From assembly GCA_002633005.1 (NCBI GenBank), contig NMRA01000918.1, forward strand, positions 1 through 64,000: DNA of 64,000 nt, read 5' to 3'. Position numbers and translations under genes: made by a program. The stretch's first letter is position 1. The number at the start of each line of letters is the position of its first letter. Of the stretch, positions 12,801-23,661 are shown one piece after another. Origin of the DNA: Phoronis australis (Eukaryota; Animalia; Phoronida). Below the pieces are notes generated by a model. It was not told where the DNA came from and did no database searches. It worked only from the letters and a program-made list of their open reading frames with translations.

Positions 12801-15800
12801 AACACTGTATATACAGTTTATCTGGCACAACCTGACTATCAGGAAATAGTTTATTCATTTCGTACGACATGAGTGGAGAATTACCGTCCTTACCTGGCTC
12901 TAGTCTCTGACTTGGGCGTAGGCGACATCTGTGACCCGTGGCTGGTGGGGGACGTCCAGGATCCACTCCTGTTGAGGGATGACGAGGGGCTGGCACCAGA
13001 CGAGGTGGACCAGAGGCGGGGCTGTAGCTGGTGGAGAGGAAAGTAAAATTACAGGTGCCTTCTTAGTAACTCCAAGCCAGGATATAACAAGTATTATTAA
13101 CATATTACTCCCTAGAAAACTAAAAACGATAACTTTTGTTATTTCAAAATGAGAATTACTCGTTTTGACAAACGTGAAATCATAACGATAAGTTCATACA
13201 TAAACTGATGCACAATTTAGTAACTGGACAGAACTGAAGATGAGTTGTCATGGCTGCAGAACCTGCTTATGTAACATATTTCAAGATTTTATGCTTCACA
13301 TAGACTCTAACTGATACATCGTCTGTGGACAAGGAAGTCATACAAAGGTGATGGCCCAGAAATGGGAATGGTCAACCAATTCACGTTTTGGTTGATACAA
13401 TAAGGAATACTAAACAATATGTACAGTAACATTATATGGGAATAATAGATTTGATAAAAATACACTGCCGAACCAACAATTACGCCCTTTTGATTTAAGT
13501 AAAAAATATGCAAATTATAGGTCAAAGGTAAGCGGAAGATTTTTACCATGTGGCCAATTAAATTGCACTAGTAATAGGACTGAATGAGTAAATTATCAAA
13601 TATCATCAAAAAGAATAAAGTTTATCGACAGGTAAGTCTGAACTTATTGGGCTTACTGGTTCTCATTATATTTTTCACTCAAATGCAATTGCCAGATCAC
13701 AGCGATAACTATCGGTTGACAGATTACCCATGACGACAACCAACCCTACGCTAAAGTAGGTTTGGTAGCCGTCACGTAGGATAGAGTTGGTGGACCAACT
13801 GCAGTTAGACTCACTGAAGGAGCAGATGCATGTTCTCCAAGAAGAAAGCCAGGCAGATACTGTGACTGAGGTGGCGAGTTGACCGGCGACCCCATGGTCA
13901 TTGGCTCTTGACCAAGGTGACCAATGCCTGAAACAATTAGTCATTTCGAAATCTTATCTTATGCAATCGTAATACAGAATGGATTCTGGAAATTACAGAG
14001 AATTTCATATAGGCCTAAAGCAAAGAAGATTGGGAGAGCAACTCGCTGAGCACCATATAATACAGAACAGGTGCACCTCCTGGCTGCAGATCTGAGGAAC
14101 ACAATAGCATCTTAAAATTTGCCCTCAGCAATGCTCTCTTGTGGCTGTGTTCTAAATTCACACCAATTGTGCCCTGTCTGAGGTCTAAAGGCCTCTGAGT
14201 TGGCAGTGCTTCCACAGTATATTATCCGTTTGCAAACTACGCTAATTGTAGTAATAGCCGAAATTACCCGATGCTGGAATCGAATCAGTGACCCCTACAA
14301 ACAGGTAAGCATGCTAACTATTCAGCTAATAGGCCGTCATACCACCAGCCGCGTGCAGTGTTAAAAATAGCTAGTTTCAGATTTTGGAAACTAAACGAAG
14401 GACTGCTTGAAGAAAAAGTTTGATAACAACAGTATTTGTTCCAGTTGGAAAGATTTAAAGACATGGATGCCAGCAAACACCGTCTACGTGCTAAAGGTAC
14501 ATTCAGTGTTCTCCACAATACCAATTCCAAACTCCACACACAGGGCTCGATATAACGAGCTGCAGGTCGCATTTGCGACCTGAAATTTGGAAATGCGAGC
14601 TGAGATTTTTGTCAGCTCGTATCAAGTCGCTAAATGCGACCTGGAATTTCCAACGTATGCGAGCTGAGTTTTTACACTTCTCGGCAGAAACCTGGCAAAT
14701 ATAAAGCAACTCTTAATAATCCGACCGTTATTTGGTCGTTGCCAAATCCAGGTTCACAAGAACGCCAACCGAGAACAGCTCTCCCGATGACTTGTACAAG
14801 TAAGCAAGTCGCGTGAACATGGGATATGCAGAATCGATCTTTGACGCGTTTCATTGGCTAACACTTTCGACCACTTTTGCAAGTTTTCGGATTTGGGCTG
14901 GAAAGTTTTGGGCCACTGCATAACACGTGATAAAATGTCACAAAACGGCGGTGTTTCTACTAACTCTTAAGCGATCAACTTATCAAACTTTGTGGTGGAC
15001 AAATATGTTTATCTTTTGCGTAAGACGTCCTTATTACATGTACCAAATATCCACGACAACATCCCTGATATTGCCGGCACTGCGTCACTGATAGGTCCCG
15101 TTGTTAGCGCGCAAGCGGTCCCGGCAGACAGTCGTGACTTAGAGATGTGCGTCTTGTTTTTTATTGCATATGACAGCCAAAGTGAAAATGACAACCCTAT
15201 TAATCGCCAAACGACTGCTACGTCTTTACTTTCAGTTGCCAAGAAATTATTTAACCCTTTTACTTGTTCCTGGGGCTACGTGCGCGAAATATGATTTGAC
15301 TTTCAAACGTTGCTGCCAGCGTAAATAATGGGCTCACCCATGAGCCACCCAATTTGGCGAATTGGGCAAAAAGGTTCGCCTCAATGAAACAAAAGTCCCG
15401 CGAGTAAACGAGACAAAAATCCACAAAGTCCACAGGAATTCGGCGCAGATGCACGATTGGCAGGCCTGAACTTAGTGGCCCCGTTTTTTAGTCCTCGTTG
15501 ATATATTTTCAGTAACAGGTCCGCATATGGAAGAATTCTAGCCCCCCTATATTTTAGGCTGGGTGCGCGCATGTAAAGTGTAGGCCTGCTCCTGCGATTC
15601 AAGTGGGGGGACTCACACGTGCGCACCACTTCAAAGCTGCAAATCAAAAGAGAACAGCTACAGTTATAAGTGAAAGAGTATACCAGCTTGGCTCTGTTAA
15701 GCACCCGGGTACGTGCCAGTGGTTTATTTTAAATGAACTCATAGATTCCCGGCGGTCATAAAAGATCCGATGCTTTACGATATTCCCCGGGACCGATATA

Positions 15801-17955
15801 AACCAGAACTGATATTTCCTGTGACGATGTTTCCCGAGGTTGAAGTTCCCTAAGCCCTATACTCTATGCCCATAGCCAGCTGTTGCAACTAAACGGTTAC
15901 TAGATGTGAAGTTGTGGTCAGCGATTTTTTTATTCTTCTCTTCATACACACCCTGGCAAGTTTTCGCTCTTCAGGCCACCGTCGCCATAAAATGTCCAGA
16001 CTCCAATAGAAACAATCTTGTTCCGGCTGAAGCGGGCAATTAAAAACAAAATTATTCCGGGTGGCTAAAAAGGGTACAGTGTAAGTAGTAACGATATCCA
16101 AAAAGTCACCCCAATACTCGATGGAGTTTGTCTCGCAAATTCCTATTATTATATCGTTTCTTACCATTGCAGTCGTTTAATATCATGCTCACGCACAAGC
16201 CTACTCCCTAACTTTTGAAGCGTTTTGTAATAAGCGGTCACTGATTTACTAAGCATTCCCCTTAAACCTTTGAGAATTTTCCATTAAGCGCCCACGGTTC
16301 AGGCTAGCGCCCATCATAGCGCACTATACAAACGACAGCGCGTGGTTTAAAATTGACACGCAGCCTATATAGTGTGTCATTCTCATTTTGGAGCGGAAAA
16401 ATGGCGGGAAATTTTTGCGACCTGGCATTTATGAATGCGAGCTGGATTTTGAAAATGCGACCTGAGATTTTGGCTAGGTCGCAGAATGCGACCTGGCGAT
16501 TTGAATAGCGTCGAGCCCTGACACAAGTTTCTAGAGTTCAACATCAGTAGTCAACACTGTCTTTTTCTCTAGTCTATAGCCTTAACATCTCCACTGTACA
16601 TTGAACTGGTCAGGTGTGACCTATATTTTAACACTTTGTAGGGCCTACACGTGAAAACTGCAAAACGTACTCGAAGTGCCCATTCAACTGACGACTGTCT
16701 CACAAATAAAAAACTTGTTAAAAGCATGTGGCCAGGAAGAGCGCACTACATACCTGTCCCTTGACATCGAAGACATTAGTCTTCGTTAACTATCCATGAA
16801 ACTACACCGGGTAGCATATCGGCAAGAAATAAATATCGGTCACTAATTTCACCAAAGTTTCTAATGCCGTAAAAGCTGTTGCGTTATTTTTAAGAGGGAT
16901 TGCTTTGTTTATCACTTTTTCAATATGTTCATAATTGGTGTTTTTAAAGTAAAATGCCTGATAAAATGCCTTACTGATAGTGTACACCTCCGCCCCCGAA
17001 TCTCCCGGAAAATAACTCAGACTGTCACACATCTAGTCACTCGGCGACTCAATGACATTTGGCCTTAGGCCGTAGCTAGACAATTCTCGCACGTTTTAAT
17101 AGTAGATGTGATCAGCATGTGTTAAATAAAACGCATTCTTTTGGTACTGCTTGTGTTATTTCTTTAGTTACAATGCACACCTCCGACAAATAAACACTGA
17201 TGACATGCACGCGCTCGCTCACTCACACACGCATACGATCTTCAAAACAAAGGTCACGTGACTACGACGTGAGTACGTCCAGATTTTTCTCATGTTGCTG
17301 GGTATAATGTTGCGCAGATTTGAACTTATCTTGTTCATAATACCGATCTCCACAAGAACTTGCACTCCGGGCGCGTTATTACGGCGAATTCGGTACTGTT
17401 TAACTGCCTCTCAGTAATGTTAACTATGTTTATTGTTGGTAAAATCAGGCTCTGATTAGATGCTGAGGGCTGAAGTACCAAGTCAGCCAAGGTTTTAAAC
17501 CCGGCATGGCAATTTTTAAACTTGACGTGCTTTCCCCAAACTCGACGTGGCAAAATCCAAACTCGTTACAGCGTCGAGTCAAAACAGGTCGTGGAGAACA
17601 CTGACTTTACGTGACGTGAGTTTTTAATCATTGTGAGACATAAGTAAGTCGCCGAAAATCTTCCAACCAATGATGCACTTATAGGAGCTTCACCGTCTGT
17701 ACTTCAACTAGAGACGGTGGTCACTGTCTATGTGTTGCCTCTCTAGGTTTCTGATTGACCAAACCATGCTAACTGGGACAACCTGTTCCGGTTTCAACAT
17801 TGAATAGATGCAAATATGTTGGATGATTGCAGCAGTAACTTTATGTATCTGCCAAACATGAAACTTCAGTTTGTTGGCGACTCAACACTTTTGCCTGAGA
17901 TCGTTTAAAAGTGTCTCAGCTTCAACTTACCGTGGTCGATGTTGCTTGAATACAT
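6725..17955 (-). CDS. NUP35: Nucleoporin NUP35/Nup53, 3'-partial; 9 coding exons in window (264 codons)
   Basis: complement(join 17931-17955, 13815-13927, 12894-13027, 11810-11930, 10462-10519, 8980-9067, 7876-7929, 7433-7502, 6725-6853). All introns are GT-AG with consistent phases (1,0,2,0,1,2,2,0,0). Translation: [40 protein letters not shown]...[13 protein letters not shown]...[96 protein letters not shown]. This matches recalled NUP35 motifs (EPMxxGSP, FLPGFLxG, DPFYTQG, RRM WVTxFGFP...[17 protein letters not shown]). The C-terminal part was not found in the window. Confidence 0.95.
6878..7068. repeat. Four degenerate ~43-bp units (CATTGG...CATGTGA.ATGCAAAT)
   Basis: Units start at 6878, 6921, 6992 and 7036. 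Confidence 0.7.
7433..7502 (-). CDS. NUP35: NUP35 exon 8 ([23 protein letters not shown])
   Basis: ttttcag acceptor, gtaagt donor, RRM. Confidence 0.95.
7876..7929 (-). CDS. NUP35: NUP35 exon 7 ([18 protein letters not shown])
   Basis: ttttag acceptor, gtaagt donor, start of the RRM. Confidence 0.93.
8980..9067 (-). CDS. NUP35: NUP35 exon 6 (KSQLDAG...[12 protein letters not shown])
   Basis: tttctcacag acceptor, gtgagc donor, DPFYTQG motif. Confidence 0.93.
9350..10130. repeat. Interspersed repeat with two ~300-bp degenerate subunits
   Basis: Repeated AAATTTCATGAAAAT...AAAGATACA.AGGCA..GTAAAAAA and TAATGATCCTT motifs. Confidence 0.55.
10462..10519 (-). CDS. NUP35: NUP35 exon 5 ([19 protein letters not shown])
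   Basis: ttccag acceptor, gtaagc donor, phase 0 to 1. Confidence 0.85.
11810..11930 (-). CDS. NUP35: NUP35 exon 4 ([20 protein letters not shown]...DGLL)
   Basis: Strong polypyrimidine tract plus tttcag, gtaatt donor, KDKxxAPPVxS motif. Confidence 0.9.
12894..13027 (-). CDS. NUP35: NUP35 exon 3 ([16 protein letters not shown]...KSETRA)
   Basis: Pyrimidine tract plus ccag acceptor, AG|gtaagg donor, 134 nt, Ser/Pro-rich, phases fit. Confidence 0.88.
13815..13927 (-). CDS. NUP35: NUP35 exon 2 ([37 protein letters not shown])
   Basis: tttcag acceptor, gtgagt donor, N-terminal NUP35 motif. Confidence 0.93.
14541..16520. mobile_element. Non-autonomous hAT-like DNA transposon (1980 bp) in NUP35 intron 1
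   Basis: Perfect TIR CAGGGCTCGA / TCGAGCCCTG; arrays of TGCGACCT/TGCGAGCT subterminal repeats at both ends; flanked by ACACA; no transposase ORF. Confidence 0.8.
17931..17955 (-). CDS. NUP35: NUP35 coding exon 1 (MYSSNIDH/G)
   Basis: ATG at 17955, 25 nt, donor G|GTAAGT; phase 1 matches exon 2; ETS-like motif just upstream. Confidence 0.75.
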
Positions 17956-18618
17956 CTCCGATCACCTTTTCGAAATTGGCGGAAGTGCTTTACAAATGGC
18001 TGCATACAAATAAAGCGCTAAGTCTATAAAATGACATTAACTTTATGAATTGTTTTGTTCTTTTTGTAAACAAAAATATAGAAATATATTTTAAATAATT
18101 GTATATAAGTGTTCAAATTGCAAACAGTGACATTTTTTAGGAAATAATTGAATAAAATTTCTATAGTTTTACAGCCAAGTTTTATCAACTGAAACGTGAA
18201 TTATCTTACCAATGAAAATGTTCAATACAAATCTATTTCGGTCAAAGAAAGTGTTGTACCCTCTGTTTGTACTCCCACTTTATTTTGCAAATTAAGCAAT
18301 GTTTTATAATAAGAGACATTCCAATTCAATATCAGCTTCCTAATAAGTAAGTGCTAAGATACTGCATGGGATTCTTCCACTGAATATTTTTTTTGCAGTC
18401 TAAAAGCGATTTTAGAGTTAATTCATTATCTTACAGCGGGGTTCATTCAGAACAGCGTATCAGAGGCAACTGACGGTATATTTTGACAAGCGAGATTCTA
18501 TCGTAGGCCTACGTTATCTTTTCTTGAGGTGTATTCGACAATTTTAAAGGAACACCGGCGTAGGTGTCACAGACGTCGGACTTATTGCTGTCTCTGCAAA
18601 TAATCGGTAACAGTTTTG
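17956..18618. promoter_or_regulatory. Putative bidirectional promoter for NUP35 (-) and RIPOR (+), plus putative non-coding RIPOR exon 1 (~18440-18618)
   Basis: ETS/GABP-like CGGAAGTG at 17980-17987, YY1-like AAATGGC at ~17994, Inr-like TCATTC at ~18442, and a strong donor TTTG|gtgagt at 18619. The plus strand switches from A/C-rich to T/G-rich around this point. Confidence 0.55.
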
Positions 18619-19191
18619 GTGAGTAGTTTATGATATTGGCTGTCGTTTATCCGTCTTCAGAGGTTGTGTTTACGTTTTCATTCCTTTTTCACGCGACAGT
18701 CTTGGAGTTAAACGGCACATTACCAACCAAGCCAAGGCATTGCCGTTGCCGTTTGAATCGTTCCTTCCATTCATTCGTCATTATCCGACTTTACATCTGT
18801 CAAAGAGATTTTTGACTACCTGGAAGTGGTAGCCCAACTTAGCTTCAGCTGGTTGTGTGCCGCTAAAACCGATGGAAATATTTCTTCTCGTTTTGATCGC
18901 TCACATTTGTTTAGGCGCATGCACAGCAGACCGAGTCCCCGACTCCGGCCTTACTTTTATGGTTTCTCTCCCACAGAGCCAAATGATGGATGTGGACGTG
19001 TTGTCAACGTTAAAAAAGTTGAGAACGGTCAATTTTGGCAATTAATTTTTTTCACAGTTTGGTTAGATTTTAACATAACATTGACAAAACATTCTTCTTG
19101 GGAAGAAGAAGTAGAGAAGCAGAAGACACCGTTCTAAATCATCCAAACAGATGCGTGTTGTAATTGTTGTATTTTGTGAATCCCCCTTAGC

Positions 19192-19409
19192 CATTAGGAC
19201 AGTGGAGCTCCTATAGAGGCTTCATACGCCGGAAGCTTTTCTGCGAATTATGCCTTGCATAAATACATCAACGGCCTCCTAAGGTGTTCCTCTATGCGCA
19301 AAAGCTATTTATAACAACGTAGTATTGATGTTTTAGTCAGTGCGAGGCATAATTTGCCAAAAATCTGCCAGACTATGAAACGCCTATAGGAGCTGAACAG
19401 TCTCTACTG
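19192..19409. mobile_element. Internally deleted copy of the 104-485 MITE family
   Basis: Shares GAAGCTTTT...AATTATGCCT, CCTCTATGCGCAAA, TGCGAGGCATAATTT and the TCTCTACTG end. Confidence 0.7.
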
Positions 19410-19850
19410 TGGAGTATGGAGCCAGTAGAGACTGTGGTCAATGTCTACATCTAACATTGCCTGGAGGTAAAGCTGTAACAAATTTTAAAAGGACTGAGAA
19501 TTTTCAAGTTCTCTCAAAATAAAATGAGCCTTGCACTAACCTTGTGTTATGTTCAATATATCATTATTGTAATGGAAATACTTGAAATATATTGTTGTGC
19601 TGTAAACAATGTTATTAATTTAGTTAGTGTTGTACTATGGTTTAGTGATGAAGAGAAAGTAATTGGTAGGCTTTGCCTCAGCTCACAGTGTTTTATCACA
19701 ATCCAAAATTGACTCATTTAGTGATAAAGGATTAGCAGTTAGTGCAGTGATGAAAGGCTGTCTGTCACAATATAGGGAGGGACGTTTAAACAGGAGATTA
19801 AAATTCCAGGCTCTCTTGTCTTTCTCTTAGTCATACTTCAGATAATTCAG

Positions 19851-20028
19851 AACAACTTATTTTTTAAAATGACCTATTCTTATTAAAATCACATAAGCAA
19901 GAAATTACATTTCGGGCTTCAAAAGTGAGGCCCCTTTCATATTGGAGGCCCCACTTTTGAGGCCCGAAATTCATTTTCTTACCTATGTCATTTTAATCAG
20001 AATAAGTCGTTTTAAATTATAAGCTGTT
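19851..20028. mobile_element. Palindromic MITE (hairpin of about 178 bp)
   Basis: AACAACTTAT...TCGGGCTTCAAAAGTGAGGCC pairs with GGCCCCACTTTTGAGGCCCGA...ATAAGCTGTT; a half copy lies at ~1100-1187. Confidence 0.75.
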
Positions 20029-20678
20029 TTAGGTAAAAAAATAATGGTTTTGATAAAGAAAATAAAATTGTAACCCAGTGGGTTTCACCACCCGACTGCT
20101 GATGGTCTCTTGATTTATACTGATGGTATATGCAGCAACTAATTTCTCTCAAGGAAGGAATTTTTTTTATACCTGTTGTTGGAGTTTATCAGTGATTTCT
20201 ATGTTTAGGCAGTTACAATGAGAAGGAGTTTCCTTTTAATAGTTCTTCGTCATCAACAATTCTTTTTGCATCAAGGTATCATGTTCACTTTATTTGTTGA
20301 CAATCTTGATGAAAGGATATGGCCATAGCTCTGCTCTGTTTTCTTATGCACAATAAAGCAATTTATTTGGCAATGCTAGGAAATTAAATTTGTCATAAAG
20401 ATGAAATAAGCAGTGCTGTACCCTGCCCTGCCCTTCCTTTGTTTATTGACCACAACATTGAGTCACTGTCATTGTTCAAGCATGTAACCTGGCATTATAC
20501 CCACTTATGTCATTGTCAACATGACAATGGGCGCAGGAAAGGGATTTGTATTCCAGGCATGGTCTACAGAGTTTGATCACCAGGTATTGGGTATTTCCAG
20601 CATGGGGAGTGCCTGAATGAGTGAAGTTTAGGGGCGTGGTTATGTAATGTTGTACTGTGGGCTGGTTGTTTGCTGTAG

Positions 20679-20690
20679 GTTGTTCATGAG
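20679..20690 (+). CDS. RIPOR: Candidate alternative RIPOR start exon end (ATG AG; M/R)
   Basis: tttgctgtag|GTTGTTCATGAG|gtaagg; ATG at 20686 followed by AG is phase 2, in frame with 40175. Confidence 0.35.
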
Positions 20691-23628
20691 GTAAGGGTTT
20701 TAGGGAATCCTAGTTGGATTTTAGAGATCCGGTCATGAATTTGTTTCTACCCCCTGGCAGTGTGGCATGTTACCAATAAGAAAAGTGTTTGATTTCAAGA
20801 CTATATGCCAGCTTAGGTGTTCTGTATCTAGCTTCTAAAGGTCACTTCTTTCATTACTAAGCTCAAGGGGAAAATTACGCAAATATATGTGAACTACTGC
20901 TAATGTTATGATGTTATGTAAATCAATGTTAGGTGTTGTTGAGGTGTGCTGGATGGTCCTGTTATTGAAATGTTGCAGTTTTTTGGTAAACTGGTGCCAC
21001 AGCACAAAATGCCACACATAATTGATTCCTGAATGGGGAATATTTATTAGGTTTGTAGTTCCAGCTCAATTTTTGCTTTTTATTGGAAACGTCTCTTGGA
21101 ATATTCCTCTTGCATTTGTTTTCACAGTATCTCAATTTTCGTCATATTGGCACGTATTTAGACCCATGAGCCTACGCAAGTGACGGTGTGCTTATGGCAG
21201 CAATAGTCACCTTCTGTTCTATAGGCAGCATGTTGAAATCGCCTTTGTCAGACAGGTACCAAGTTTTTTGCTGTTGTTGATTTAAGTGCGCTCTCTTTTT
21301 TCGTATGCAAGCTATAAGAAGTCAAGCTGAGGTCAAACTTCTAGCTGTTGTGGATTGTTGGAGCTTACAAGTGATGTATATGTGGGTTTTGGCTAAAACG
21401 GGCCAAAGTTACTCTCTCTGGAGGACTGCAGGGAACCTGTCTCCTTCAGATTGCATAAAAGTAATATGTCTTCAGTTTTTATTCTGAGTTTGGATGACTA
21501 ACCCACAATATCAATTTACTATTTACATGAAACTGGCCGAGATTTTAAAGCAGGTAAATTTGACAGCGTTCCTTAGTGTTACTGTGCCGTCAAATCACCA
21601 TTGTTATGTAGCAAGTTGTTCTAAGGATTCGTATAAAAAATCACTTAATGTGTGTGAATGTAAGGAATCATTCTATCAATGTTTAATGTCCTCGTTTTGA
21701 CAACAAAGTTAAAATTGGATCAAAAATTTCTTTTGTCCTTCCCAGGTTGAAGAGTTAAATATTGAGTGTTTCCTTTGATGAAAATGTAACTGTAAAAGGT
21801 AACACTTTGTTAAGCTAAGGAACAAATTTCTGAAATTATGTGAGTGAAACTTGATGTTACCATTATAAAATGGTTGATGTTGACATCAAATTTATCTCTT
21901 ACATAAAAAGTATTAAAGTGAATAAAAACATCCGAATAACATCTAGTTTAAAGTGTGCAATTATATCTCTTGTGCTTTTGAGCAAAGCTTCGCCGCATGT
22001 GCCTATTTCCAAGTCGGACACTTGAGTAAAACATATCTCTGAAGAATGCAGTATTTTGGAAAAAGGCACATCAGCCTAAATCCACGCATACGCAGTGACC
22101 ATTTTTTTTTCTTTTGCTCGTATTTGTCAACTTGGTTTCCCTAAACTGAAAGACATCTTGAATCCATTTTGAAACTTCTAACATATCTGTCTCATTTGAG
22201 TAGGATTTTCAAGAACGGTGCCTGTGCTTATTTTCGTCTGCAGAAAATTTGTGAATTCCAGCTGAACTTAACAATTCATTGATCATGTTTTTTAAAAAAA
22301 TATAATGTATGACCATGATTTGTAAGGATGTTTCAGCTTTGTTTTCAGATTCATTTTTGTGAGGGCTTTTACTAAATGAATGCAGTGCTGAGAATTGATG
22401 AGGTTATCCTCGCTAAAATACATTATTTTGAGATAACTAAGACAAAACATAATCACGATTTCCAATATACTGTTTAGTGAATATGGGGGTTTCACTTGGT
22501 GTGCTGGTGAATACAGGAATCTATAGAGGTACTTGTCTTCCCATTGTCTTCAAGTGGCTCATAATATAATTTCTCAATCATGAGGTGACCTTTGACACTT
22601 GTGAACGTCATGTGGCCCTGAATGTACCGTTGATAACTGGTGCAGTGTTGATAACGCAGATATGTCTTTGATATCCTGATATGGTAAGTGATTCCTCCTG
22701 CAGGGTTCTCATCCAGTTTAAATTCAAACATGGCTTTAAGTGTGTGACTTGTATTTGTGTTGTATAATTTGTGATCAGGATTATCGATTATATCCTAAAT
22801 CATACATGCCTTGGTAACACCTGAAACCTGTTCAGTAGACTATGTAACCACCCACTGGCAGTGGTAAACTGACAGGCTCGCTGTTCAAGGATGGCGTGTT
22901 CGTTTCAATTCCAAAATGTAAACCACGAAAGTAAACATATCGCTGCGATTTTCACTGAGAACAAGTTTTTTGCTTCAAAATCATGAACAAGACATGAAGG
23001 CCTTAGAAATAAAAGCTCGCCATCGTCACTGTTTTGGAGATGACGGGAAATATAGAAAAGCCAACATAGCATAAATCGTGTTGTTCAATAATTTTTCTCT
23101 AATTCTTGTACCAACTTTGCCACAGTTTCAACAGGCGCGGGTTACAATACGCTTAGACCCATTGTCACGAGTGCCACATCTGAAGCAGGCGCTTAATTCG
23201 CTCATGGCCGCTTTATTCTCTGACGGGCGCACTTGCTTTTGAGTAGGTTTCAGGGTATATTATGAACACATCCGGAGCATGTCATTGTATTTACGACAAA
23301 ATACTACAAGCTGTTTGTGTTCATTAGTAAGTTATGAACACTGGGCATGTAACACTTTCTGAGGACATTGGTCATGTTCACCAATGCAAAAAGAGCTCAT
23401 CAGCTAATGCAGGTGACCTGTTAAATCTGTTAAATTGAACCTATTCTTGGTAACCCAAACTTTTTTTGCCTGTTGAAAGCAGTTGATATTTTGCTTGCAT
23501 GTGCTATAATGGTTGTTAATGGTCCATAAAATTCTTAGAGGCATTAGAACTGATCTTTGCTGTGGGGGGAGGAATTCTGAGGTGCACCAAGTTTCGCTAG
23601 ACTATCACGGGGGGGGGGGGGGGGTTCA

Positions 23629-23661
23629 NNNNNNNNNNNNNNNNNNNNNNNNNNNNNNNNN
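23629..23661. other. Assembly gap (N run) preceded by poly-G
   Basis: N run follows a G homopolymer; flanks resemble the repeat at ~36726-36880. Confidence 0.95.

Noticed and set aside
16750-17032. ORF 16802-17032 and minus-strand donor at ~16753 as NUP35 first exon
   Set aside because: The ATGs upstream of this donor are out of frame with exon 2; 17931-17955 fits phase and promoter motifs better.
23608-23625. Poly-G tracts (also 28113-28127) as G-quadruplex elements
   Set aside because: Both lie directly beside Ns and are probably sequencing or assembly artifacts.
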